Below, in pieces: positions 37,212 to 47,594 of a stretch of DNA of 64,000 nt (the stretch's first letter is position 1; every line of letters starts with the position of its first letter). The translations under genes were made by a program, and so were the position numbers. A model generated the notes under the pieces. That model was not told the origin of the DNA. It searched no databases and saw nothing but the letters and a program-made list of their open reading frames with translations. This stretch comes from Nitrospinales bacterium. GTDB taxonomy: Bacteria > Nitrospinota > Nitrospinia > Nitrospinales > VA-1. Location: the NCBI GenBank assembly GCA_965223345.1, contig CBDCWG010000012.1:3008001-3072000 (forward strand). The letters run 5' to 3'.

Positions 37212-37245
37212 AAAAAAAGAGCTGCCGGCAACCGACAACCCCTTC
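37212..37245 (-). terminator. Element-supplied terminator for tRNA-Arg
   Basis: Minus strand GGGGTTGTCGG-TTG-CCGGCAGCTCT then a T-run. Confidence 0.7.
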
Positions 37246-37252
37246 TTTTATT

Positions 37253-37329
37253 TGGTGCCCCCGAGACGACTCGAACGTCCGACCTACGGATTAGGAATCC
37301 GCCGCTCTATCCAACTGAGCTACGGGGGC
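37253..37329 (-). tRNA. tRNA-Arg(CCT)
   Basis: GCCCCCGTAGCTCAGTTGGATAGAGCGGCGGATTCCTAATCCGTAGGTCGGACGTTCGAGTCGTCTCGGGGGCACCA; 77 nt, cloverleaf, encoded CCA. Confidence 0.97.
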
Positions 37330-37729
37330 AATTTCTCAACGATCAATAAGATCTATGGTCTTTCCGATCCCTGGGATCTGCAAATAAACGATCCGTCCCA
37401 CTCCTGTCCCACTTTTTGGCGGTTTCGGGCATGAAAGAGAGGCGCTCACCTCGCTTCCGGGAAGGAAATTGTAGTCGTTTCTCACGAGGGATTCAATCCC
37501 TCCTCCCGCTCTTTATATTTGCACAATATAGCCAGAATGGGGGATGCTTGCTGAGTCTCATGGATGAAACGAGGCTTCAGGTAATTTCTGCGGAAAGTCC
37601 GGATTTGTTCAGCCGAATGGGTTGAATTGAGCCCTTTTTCCTGGGAAATTAGGGTATACCTTCAGAAAGCATCCGTAAAGCTGCATTTTTAAACCCAAAT
37701 CGGGGTCCTTGAGGATTGTGGAAACATTC

Positions 37730-38161
37730 GTGAAATCTCTAAAATTCTTTCCGATCCTACTTTTATCGGTCGGTTGCGCAACCATTCCGGGAGGGTTCAA
37801 GGAATCGGATCTGGTTTGGGAGGAAAGAAAGTTTGAAGCCACGCAGCAGGAGGTTCATGCGGCGATGGATAAGGGCTTCAAAACCTGCATCTCTTCCAAT
37901 AAATTCGATGTGAGCAAAGACTCCGGCAGGGCCTTACCTGGGATGGCCGAAGACGAAGGATTGTATATCGTCCGGTTGAAGCGGTTGCTGACCGCAGATC
38001 CTGTCTTTGGATTCATTCGAATCAAATCAATCGCGGAAAACGAGACCGCCGTCCGAGTCGGAATCAACAAACTGCATGAAAATCCCTCCCTGCCCGAAAA
38101 CGGGGACACAATCCGAAAGCGTTGGCTCAATTGGGCATCCGGAGATGTGGACTGCTCCTGA
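37730..38161 (+). CDS. Hypothetical lipoprotein
   Basis: GTG 37730; lipobox LLLSVGC. Confidence 0.65.
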   Translation: MKSLKFFPILLLSVGCATIPGGFKESDLVWEERKFEATQQEVHAAMDKGFKTCISSNKFDVSKDSGRALPGMAEDEGLYIVRLKRLLTADPVFGFIRIKSIAENETAVRVGINKLHENPSLPENGDTIRKRWLNWASGDVDCS

Positions 38162-38488
38162 CACCCCCTGGCAGCGAATCCCCCCTCAACGGCAACGCTC
38201 TCAGTGATTCAATCGGTTCGGGTTGTGTCCGGATGACGATTCGGTGCGGTCCCCCCGTTTCAATCCATAAAATCTGCCGTCAATAAGACATTAAATATGC
38301 CCAAAATCACAGATAAATGTGATTTATGAAGTTTTGATTTGCCTGATTATGCGCAAAAATAACTCATCCTCCAAGAAAACAGGGCGTCCCTTCCGGTTAC
38401 CCAGGTCCGGTCTTTTCGGTCTCGGAAGGGGCGTCCGATTAGATTCCACACCTGTTTCAGTGGTGTCGATGTGAAGGGAAATCATAAA

Positions 38489-39322
38489 ATGCCTCCCTTG
38501 GCCAAACATCCGCAAACGCAATTTGAGAAAATCATCGAGACGCCTTTAAAAATCATCGAGGCTCCCTTTTCGCCCAATCCTAAAAAGAAGTTCTCACTGC
38601 CGTCCTGGAGTTTGCTGATCTTGGGCGCCGCCATCGGGGCTCTCGTGTCCATCTGGTATGTCTCGTCTTCCATGGAAGCAAAAATCAAAAAAGAAGTCAG
38701 CATGGCCCCGATTGCCATCGATATGGCCACCACGAAATCCGCGTTGTCGGAAATCATCACCTCAGGCCGAGTGACAGGAATCTCGGGACCGCAAGGCCCT
38801 CAGGGCCCGCAAGGTGTTCCCGGTCCGGCCGGCCCGAAAGGCGAACCCGGCCCCCCCGGGGCTGCCGGTCCAAAGGGAGTTCAAGGTCCACCCGGAATCG
38901 CAGGAATCAATGGCATCCCGGGACCTCCCGGTGCTAAAGGCGATCCGGGTCCGAAAGGCGACATCGGTCCGCCCGGCCCGGCAGGACCTCCCGGCCCCGC
39001 CGGGAAAATGGACCTGAATCAGCAGGCGGCGCTGTTTGAAGTATCGGGATGGGAAATGCTGGAAAGCGATATTCAAAAAGTTGCCGCCGGAGAAAAGAAA
39101 TCGATCATCATGCAGTGCACGCCCGGAAAGATTTTGCTGGGAGGCGGGTACAACGCGATCGGCTGCGATGAATGTGCCGGAGAAAGCAACTATCCCATGA
39201 GCAGCAACTCGTGGAAATCCACCCTGGTGAACCGGAAAAGCGACAGCTCCATCGATTTTCAGGTCTATGTGTTGTGCGCCAGGCCCAATTTCAGCCTGCA
39301 AAAAGCCCGAAAAGTCGAATGA
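38489..39322 (+). CDS. Membrane-anchored collagen-like protein
   Basis: One TM helix, 26 consecutive Gly-X-Y triplets, C-terminal domain [12 protein letters not shown]...VYVLCA. Confidence 0.85.
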   Translation: MPPLAKHPQTQFEKIIETPLKIIEAPFSPNPKKKFSLPSWSLLILGAAIGALVSIWYVSSSMEAKIKKEVSMAPIAIDMATTKSALSEIITSGRVTGISGPQGPQGPQGVPGPAGPKGEPGPPGAAGPKGVQGPPGIAGINGIPGPPGAKGDPGPKGDIGPPGPAGPPGPAGKMDLNQQAALFEVSGWEMLESDIQKVAAGEKKSIIMQCTPGKILLGGGYNAIGCDECAGESNYPMSSNSWKSTLVNRKSDSSIDFQVYVLCARPNFSLQKARKVE

Positions 39323-39850
39323 ATCCGGATTTGATCAAGTCATTCTTTTTAATGGGTTGATCAACTGCGGCCCGTCATTCCGCCTTTTCGATTCCCCTCC
39401 CCAGACGCACTCCCCTCATCCTGAACCGGTTGCCTTTGGCCGCAACTTACAGCTCAAGCGCCCTACCGTCTCTAGCCATTGAAATCCACTGCGTCTGGTG
39501 TGGGCTGAGCCCCCAGCTCACCTCGCAAAAACATTAAGTAGAACATCCAAGGTGGTTGGTTCCCACCAGGTGGCGTCGGAATGGTTGAGTTCTATTCCGC
39601 ACACACTTCAGATCCGCAATCCCCCCTTATCGTTGAATTCGTTATTTTTGTTCCCTATTGACAAACAGGAATACGGGGAACAGATTTTACATATCCACAT
39701 AAAATATTCAGTTGATAGAACTTTTAATATACAAACAGACCTGTTGCTTGGGTCATCCGCTAGATTCCCCTCCTTCCACTCAATGACCCAACTTTTCACG
39801 CTAGCAGACTATTGAAAAGAAGTGACACGGTCATCTGTCTGGAGGGAATC

Positions 39851-40930
39851 ATGTTTAAATTTCTATTGACCTCAATAGTTTCTATAATTTTAGCCTCATC
39901 GATATTTCTGTTTTCCAACCAAAGTTGGAGCAAAACCAAGATCATTCCCCTGGGGGTGTCTCCGATAATAGCAACCGACTATATCCATTCGGTGATCGAA
40001 GCGGATCGAACGATTTACTCAAAAATGATCGTGGAGCGCCTTGGGGATGCCGTTTCCTTAAAAGCGACGGAAAACTATCTACAGGAAAATACCCTGCCTC
40101 TTCCTGCCCAGTTTCTTTTATTAGCATCGGAAAACGTCACTTCCAAGGGATTGGGAATGTCATACAGACTTATGAGTTTGTGGCCTATTAACCCCCAAAA
40201 CGGACCCAAGGATGCTTTTGAAGAAATGGGACTGAAGGAAGTAAAAAAAAATCCGAATAAGCCCTTCACCACCACATTCACTTCAAAAGGGAAAAGGATG
40301 TTCAAAGCCGTCTATCCCGATAAGGCGGTGAGTAAAGCCTGCGTCACTTGTCATAATGAGCATCCAAAAAGTCCAAAAAAAGATTTCAAAATGGGCGGTG
40401 TGATGGGTGGAATAAGCATCACAATTCCTTTGAAGCAGAAAGATTTGATTCCCGCGAAAGAGGTTGCCAATTACATTCATTCTGTTTTGGAATCGGATCG
40501 CATGATATATGCAGAATTTGTCGTCAATCGGCTGCAAAATAACGATATTATTAAAGCATCCGAGCACTGGTGGAAAGATAAAGCTTTGTTGCTGCCAGCC
40601 CAGTTTTTACTCAACGCTTCTGATCTTATCGCTCATAAACGTATGGGGCTCATGTACAAACTGTACAGCCCCTGGCCTATCAATCAATACAACCGGGCGA
40701 TAACCGAGTTCGAACAAAAAGGGATGGAAGTCGTTGCAAAGAACCCGAAGGAAACTTATACAGGAACCTATGAAGTCCATGACCGGCAATTTTTTGAGGC
40801 GGTCTATCCGGATTTGGCGGTTTCAAAAGCTTGCGTCGATTGTCATAACACGCATCCAGACAGCCCCAAAAAAGATTTTAAACTCAATGAAGTGATGGGA
40901 GGAATCATGTTGAGTTTTCCGGTTCAATAA
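39851..40930 (+). CDS. Di-heme c protein with tandem Tll0287/DUF3365-like domains
   Basis: ATG 39851 after GGAGGG; signal peptide; two repeats each with LPAQFLL, WPIN and CxxCH (CVTCH, CVDCH). Confidence 0.88.
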   Translation: MFKFLLTSIVSIILASSIFLFSNQSWSKTKIIPLGVSPIIATDYIHSVIEADRTIYSKMIVERLGDAVSLKATENYLQENTLPLPAQFLLLASENVTSKGLGMSYRLMSLWPINPQNGPKDAFEEMGLKEVKKNPNKPFTTTFTSKGKRMFKAVYPDKAVSKACVTCHNEHPKSPKKDFKMGGVMGGISITIPLKQKDLIPAKEVANYIHSVLESDRMIYAEFVVNRLQNNDIIKASEHWWKDKALLLPAQFLLNASDLIAHKRMGLMYKLYSPWPINQYNRAITEFEQKGMEVVAKNPKETYTGTYEVHDRQFFEAVYPDLAVSKACVDCHNTHPDSPKKDFKLNEVMGGIMLSFPVQ

Positions 40931-41107
40931 TAGGGGAAAGCGCATTGCGAAAGGGCGAGATGGATATTCGTCCTGATATTTTCCGGGGCAGGAGACAAGT
41001 ATTTGTGTTTATACGGGTATCTCAGCCAGTGGTTAAATATCGCCGTTTCGAATAAAATGTTGAAATCTTTTTTTGAGGAACCATATTTGGATTATTCGAT
41101 CCCTTCA

Positions 41108-41340
41108 GAGATGAGTGCCTGAGTCGCTGTACACATTATTTTAGGTATGCTGAAGCGGTTTCCCTTTTGCGACCTCCACACTGTCGGAAGGGGACCGTTT
41201 GTGACCCGGATCGGGGTTTCGTCCTTTTTGGGGCAAAGAGTTGTTTTGATGCAAGCAACACTCCTTACTGGTGGGGTTCCCCGCCAGGGAATGAGGAGAG
41301 AAGATTTCCCTTAATGAAGGTTTGCTCGGGCACTCATCTC
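41108..41340 (+). ncRNA. Candidate structured non-coding RNA, unassigned family
   Basis: 17-bp closing stem and four internal hairpins whose non-canonical pairs are mostly G-U on the + strand; lies in a 680-bp intergenic gap. Confidence 0.6.
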
Positions 41341-41608
41341 GCCTTAAAAGCCTTTTAAATTCTTCCCTTCATTCGGATATTTTTTTTCATTTCATCTTTT
41401 GGGAATGCCCCCAAGAAACTAAATCTCAAGTATTTCCGGGAACCCGCCCAATTTCACCCGGAACGCTTGCCCCGGACCGCGATTGACAGCCTAGGCGGCC
41501 GGTCTTGCGGATATTTCGAGATTTTTTGCGCTCCACTTTGACTTCACCAGACCGGGATATTATTATATTTCATCGGTTTCAACCTTTTCACAGGGAGATG
41601 ACAGTTCC

Positions 41609-42487
41609 ATGCTCAAGGTCCGCGCCAGTCAGATTTTTTCTCATTCCATGGAAGATGTGGTCGCCGCGAAAAAGGCGCTGGATGCCGGAGACGCGTTCGA
41701 GCAGGTGGTGGAGAAGTACAGCACCTGCCCGTCCAAGAAGCAGGCCGGCGATCTGGGCTGGATGCCGGAAGGCACGGTGAACTCGCTGATGGGCCAGGCG
41801 ATCGGTGAAAACGACAAGGGCAAGATCGTCGGTCCGCTGCACACGCAGTACGGCTACCACATCCTCATGATCTCCGACATCGAGCTGGAGCAGGTGGCGG
41901 GCCCCTTTTCTCCCAACACATCGATGAAGGACCTCAACCAGCGGTTTCCGGAAGCGCATTCTCTGCTGTTTCAGAAATTCCACATCGGGATGCCGGTGTC
42001 GGGCTATAAAGATGGCGAAACCCTCGGTTCGGTGTGCCGGGCGCAGAACAAATCGGAGATGGAGGTCATCAACTACCTGCACGAAGAGTTCGTCAACCGG
42101 CATGTGGACACGATCACGCCGGAGGAGTTGAAGGCGAAGATGAAAGAAGGCGATCCCAACCTGGTCCTTCTGGACATCCGCGAGAGCTGGGAACGCGACA
42201 TCGCCGCCATCGACGGCTCGCAGCTCATCACGCGGGAAAACAGCGAATCGATTCTCGGCTCACTCACGGCGGAGCAGGAAATCGTGCTCATCGACTGGAA
42301 GCAGGACCGCGGGCCGAGTTTCCGCAAATGGCTTGCGCAGCGCGGGCTTCCCAACATCCGCTGCCTGGAGGGGGGCATCGACGCCTGGGCGGAGAAGGTC
42401 GAGACGCGGCTCAACCGCTACGACATCGATGAGGACGACGGCTACCGCTACGAAGACATCATCGAGGAACAGAACGGCCCGCAGTGA
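41609..42487 (+). CDS. Parvulin PPIase - DUF1858-like - rhodanese-like fusion
   Basis: KYSTCPSKKQAGDLGW..TQYGYHIL (parvulin); LLDIRESWE...LEGGIDAW (rhodanese). Confidence 0.85.
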   Translation: MLKVRASQIFSHSMEDVVAAKKALDAGDAFEQVVEKYSTCPSKKQAGDLGWMPEGTVNSLMGQAIGENDKGKIVGPLHTQYGYHILMISDIELEQVAGPFSPNTSMKDLNQRFPEAHSLLFQKFHIGMPVSGYKDGETLGSVCRAQNKSEMEVINYLHEEFVNRHVDTITPEELKAKMKEGDPNLVLLDIRESWERDIAAIDGSQLITRENSESILGSLTAEQEIVLIDWKQDRGPSFRKWLAQRGLPNIRCLEGGIDAWAEKVETRLNRYDIDEDDGYRYEDIIEEQNGPQ

Positions 42488-42587
42488 TCCTGCGGCCGCG
42501 GCCTCACCACCTTGCGCGCGGAGCCGGCCGCAAGGTCCCGTTTCAACCGCTCTCCTTAACATCTGATTCGTTGCCGGGGGACCCCAC

Positions 42588-43555
42588 TTGCTGAAAGTCG
42601 ATAACCTGTCCACGCATTTCCACACCGAAGGCGGTGTGGTCCAGGCGGTCCGCGGCGTTTCCCTCGACATCGATCCCGGAGAAACCCTGGCCCTGGTCGG
42701 CGAGTCCGGCTGCGGCAAGTCGGTGACGGCGCTCAGTGTGCTGAAGCTCGTCCCCACGCCTCCCGGACGCTTCGAGTCGGGCAGCATCCATTTCGACGGC
42801 CGCAACCTGCTGGACGCGTCCGAGGACGAGATGCAGACGATCCGCGGCAACGACATCAGCATGATCTTCCAGGAGCCGATGACCTCGCTCAACCCCATCT
42901 TCACGGTCGGCGACCAGATCGCCGAAACCATCCTGCTGCACCAGAACAAACAACCGGAAGAAGCACGGGAACTGACGCTGCAGGCGCTGAAGAAAGTAGC
43001 CATGCCCTCGCCGGAAAAGCGCATCGACCAGTACCCTCACGAGCTTTCCGGCGGCATGAAGCAGCGGGTGATGATCGCCATGGCCATCGCCTGCCGGCCG
43101 AAGCTGCTGATCGCGGACGAGCCGACCACGGCGCTGGATGTGACGGTGCAGGCGCAGATCCTGGATCTGCTGGAAGCGCTGCGCGTGCAGTCGAACATGG
43201 CCATCCTGCTCATCACGCACAACCTGGGGATCGTCGCGCAATTCGCCGACCGGGTCGCCGTGATGTACGCGGGCAAGATCGTCGAGGAAGCGCCGGTGGA
43301 AACGCTGTTCGGAGCGCCGTCGCATCCCTACACAAAAGGGCTGCTCGCTTCGCTGCCGCACGGCGAGCCGGGAGAAAAACTCAGGGGCATCGAAGGCGCG
43401 GTGCCGCACCCGGCTTTCATCCCGCAGGGCTGCGCGTTTCACCCGCGCTGTTCGGAGGCGATGCCGCACTGCAAGGAGCGCATCCCGCCGTTTTTCGACG
43501 TACCGGGCGAGGACCACCGGGCGGCCTGCTGGCTTTTCGATGAAGAGAAAACCCC

Positions 43556-43559
<4 letters not shown>
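42588..43559 (+). CDS. Oligo/dipeptide ABC transporter ATP-binding subunit (OppD/DppD-like)
   Basis: [23 protein letters not shown]-terminal GCAFHPRC. Confidence 0.93.
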
Positions 43560-44527
<968 letters not shown>

Positions 44528-44773
44528 TGGACACCCGACAAACAGGGGGACAGGATAAACGGGATGAAAACAGAAACAGGGATCAAGATAAGAAAAGGCC
44601 CGTTTCACTTAATAATTGCAGAATGGTGGGATAAACCCAAAAGGGGGCTCGAAAAAAAATATAATGTTTTTCAAGACTTGACTCATCTACAGTACCCCTT
44701 TTTGAGCATTATGGCAAAAACAGCGGGTGCAGACCAAAACTGGATTTTTTTTATTTTTAACGTTAGGTAGAAG

Positions 44774-45562
44774 ATGTGGATTAAAAGTTTCGCAAAAACA
44801 TTAATTTTTAAGTACCAATGCGAATCTATTGAAAATTCGATAATACACACGATTGCTTTATTCAATGACATTGTCGATGTTTTCCATCGACCCAACATTT
44901 GGGAAAATAAACCTTTTTCTTTAGAACACTCCTTCTCCAATATATATGTCTATAGGGAAATTTTATTTTTTTCGATGACCCTTATGTGTTTCCGCTTTAT
45001 TTCAATTGGAGAATACAACAATATTTCCGTCCCCAAATTAAAAAGCCATATTGATAGTTTTACCTTTGGAATTGGAAGCGAAATTTTAAAATATTCGATC
45101 GCAAGAACAAAAGGTCTATCTTATTCATTAGAGTTTAATAAGTTTTTTGAGAATAATGGGGCCTCTGAAATATTTGAAGTTTTCAATAAATCCCCCTTTC
45201 TACAAAAAAATGACGTAAAAGATCTGGATGAAATATATCCCAAAAATCTTAATTTTTATTTAGCAAATTCTTTTTACAAGAGATTTTATTATTATTTAAA
45301 AAAAACTGAAGCTGCATCGGAATCTTTTTTTGGTGGAAATATTGGTCGTGGCATTTTAGTAGAATGGCTCATAGAATTAGCCATACAAAAAAAGTTTCAA
45401 GGAAAGCTTAGTGATGAAAAAAAGGGAAATATTTGTAAGGAAATTTGTCATTTAATTGATGAATCTAAATTCCGATTTAGACATGGTTCTATAAGTGATT
45501 TAAATTTAATTCGCTCAACAATGACATTTAAACATTTTTTAAATTGTTTCCCAGAAATATAA
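44774..45562 (+). CDS. AT-rich hypothetical protein
   Basis: 262 codons open in very AT-rich DNA. Confidence 0.55.
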   Translation: MWIKSFAKTLIFKYQCESIENSIIHTIALFNDIVDVFHRPNIWENKPFSLEHSFSNIYVYREILFFSMTLMCFRFISIGEYNNISVPKLKSHIDSFTFGIGSEILKYSIARTKGLSYSLEFNKFFENNGASEIFEVFNKSPFLQKNDVKDLDEIYPKNLNFYLANSFYKRFYYYLKKTEAASESFFGGNIGRGILVEWLIELAIQKKFQGKLSDEKKGNICKEICHLIDESKFRFRHGSISDLNLIRSTMTFKHFLNCFPEI

Positions 45563-45619
45563 TTTGTATAGTTATAGGATTATAGTATTCTTCCTCCTCC
45601 CTGATCCGGCGGAACGCGT

Positions 45620-46162
45620 TCAGTCCAGAATGCGGGTGGGTTTGCCGTCGATGCTGGTCTGGTTCTTCTCCTTCCAGTAATTTTTCACACCTTCTTCGCC
45701 GATCTTCTCCGACCATTCGATCAATTCATCCCGTTCTCCCTCATAGCGATAGCGGGGAACCGCGAAGCCACAGGAGGTCTGTGCCTGATCGACATCGAGC
45801 ACAAAGATCTGGCGCGCGCCGGGATAGCCGGGAAACCGCGCGATCCATTCTGCCCATTCCGCGTCCCGCGGGTGGACGGCCCGGGCTTTGCCGTAAATCC
45901 GTAAAATGAGCGGCCTGCCCTCAAACGCGCAGAACATGAGGGTCATGCGCGGCTGTTCCAGAACGTGGGCGGCGGTTTCGTTGCCGCTGCCGGTGAGGTT
46001 GAGCCAGATCAGCCGCGTCGCGCTGAGCACGCGCAGGCTGTCCATGCCCTTGGGCGAGAGATTGATCGTGCCTTCGGCGGCGGCGGTGGCGACGAAGAAC
46101 AGTTTCTGGTTTTCGATGAAGGCGCGCAGTTTCGCATCCAGTCCGGTGTAGAATTTACTCAA
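45620..46162 (-). CDS. Pyridoxamine 5'-phosphate oxidase-family FMN-binding protein
   Basis: FFVATA, NLSPKG, LTGSGNETAAH, QTSCGFAVP, SIDG. Confidence 0.9.
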   Translation of the reverse strand: MSKFYTGLDAKLRAFIENQKLFFVATAAAEGTINLSPKGMDSLRVLSATRLIWLNLTGSGNETAAHVLEQPRMTLMFCAFEGRPLILRIYGKARAVHPRDAEWAEWIARFPGYPGARQIFVLDVDQAQTSCGFAVPRYRYEGERDELIEWSEKIGEEGVKNYWKEKNQTSIDGKPTRILD

Positions 46163-46370
46163 GGTGATCGAACTCCTCTCAAAATTTATTTCAAAACCCG
46201 ACCATCATATCAGAACAGACTGTTCTCAAATCGAGATCCGCCGCTTCCTTTCGTTTGTTCGCCCGCCCCGCTCCGGCAATCATCGCACCGGGTCAATGCC
46301 TTTCGTTATCGAAGTTAACGAAATTCAAATTCTAAGAGCTAAAGTCTTACTTTATTTTAACCGCAATAGA

Positions 46371-46886
46371 ATGAGTGGATGTTTTTCAGTGACTTACCCC
46401 ATTCTACCTCACCCATCACCTGAACGGCGCGCCGGAGGAAACGCGGAACCTGGAGACCCGGATTTGAACTGGAAAAAATTGTTTCATATTCTCAAAAAGA
46501 CCGAAACGCCGCGGCCCAATGTGGTCGTGGACATCCGCACCGCGTTCCGGGTGGAGCCCTCCCCCGAAGCGCCGATCCTGCTCATCGTGCACCGCAACCC
46601 GGTGCAGGTGGTGGACATCAGCTCCGGCGGCGTGTCGTTCAAGAACAAAAATTTCATGGTCGGCGTCTTCTACCGCGTCAACTTCATCCTTCCGCACAAC
46701 AAGCAGGAAATCTCCAGCCAGCTCGAAATCATGAGCATCGACCGCAACCGGATCTGCCGCTGCCGCTTCACCGGCCTGACCTCGGAGCAGGAGGAACACA
46801 TCCACCAGTACGTGGTGGAACGCAAGAAAGAGCTGCTGGCTTCGGCCAAGGGCCGCCCGGCCCTGCAGCATTCCGAACGCTCCTGA
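46371..46886 (+). CDS. PilZ-domain protein (start uncertain)
   Basis: RTAFR (RxxxR) and DISSGG (DxSxxG). Confidence 0.75.
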   Translation: MSGCFSVTYPILPHPSPERRAGGNAEPGDPDLNWKKLFHILKKTETPRPNVVVDIRTAFRVEPSPEAPILLIVHRNPVQVVDISSGGVSFKNKNFMVGVFYRVNFILPHNKQEISSQLEIMSIDRNRICRCRFTGLTSEQEEHIHQYVVERKKELLASAKGRPALQHSERS

Positions 46887-46957
46887 GCGCAAATTCTTTC
46901 ATTCGCCCGCTGTTTTCCCGCTATAATTCGGGGTCTTTCTAATCTTCTTTCAGGATA

Positions 46958-47581
46958 GTGGCAATGGCATCCAACGCGTGGACTGCGCACGATCTAGAGA
47001 TGATCGGGCACCGCGAGGTGTTTCTGCACAAACCGGCAATTCTAAAAAACGCGGAAGCCCGCTTGCGGGAGCTGGAAAGCGCGATAGCGAAAGAGCTTGC
47101 GCAAACCGCGCCCGCGCTGCCGCCCGAGAGCAAGGTAGAAAAAGGCCAGCTCGCCCGCGGCGAGAACCACAAGGGCTTTCCCTTCCTGTCGCTGGACATC
47201 CCGCAGTTTTTCTCGAAAACCGAGATGTTCACGTTCCGCACGCTGTTCTGGTGGGGGCATTACCTGGGGTTTTCGCTGATTCTCAAAGGCGCGGCGCTGA
47301 ACGGCTGGCAGGACAACCTGCTGGCGCAACGGCAAGAGCCTCGCTGGCAGGACGTGCACCTCTCCACGGCGGCGACGCCGTTCGAATGGGACGCGAAATT
47401 TCTGCAACCCGCCGCAACGATGCCGGAGGCGGAGCTCCGCGCGACCGTGGCGGAAATCGATTACATGAAGTTGATACGGCTGTTTCCGGTAGACGGTAAA
47501 GGTTTCGCCGATCTCGACTGGACCGGGGCGGGACTCACCGCCTGGCGCGATCTGTCGAAAGTGGCGTCTCCCCCTTCCTGA
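46958..47581 (+). CDS. Conserved hypothetical protein
   Basis: RGENHKGFPFLSLDIP..FRTLFWWGH; host-like codon usage. Confidence 0.7.
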   Translation: MAMASNAWTAHDLEMIGHREVFLHKPAILKNAEARLRELESAIAKELAQTAPALPPESKVEKGQLARGENHKGFPFLSLDIPQFFSKTEMFTFRTLFWWGHYLGFSLILKGAALNGWQDNLLAQRQEPRWQDVHLSTAATPFEWDAKFLQPAATMPEAELRATVAEIDYMKLIRLFPVDGKGFADLDWTGAGLTAWRDLSKVASPPS

Positions 47582-47594
47582 ACTCCTGGCGTTT

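Larger units (their letters stand above)
28081..37297. mobile_element. PICI-like phage satellite integrated in tRNA-Arg(CCT); 9170-bp circle on excision
   Basis: att direct repeats; int-ORF-alpA-rep-capsid-cos-c4 RNA-cargo order; AT-richer than flanks; no terminase, portal, tail or lysis genes. Confidence 0.9.

Noticed and set aside
41108..41340. RNase P RNA, tmRNA, group II intron, or the 63-aa ORF 41167..41358
   Set aside because: No GAGGAAAGTCC or ACAGAA..CGGCTTA, no tRNA-like CCA end, no intron domain V; the ORF has a TTG start and no RBS.
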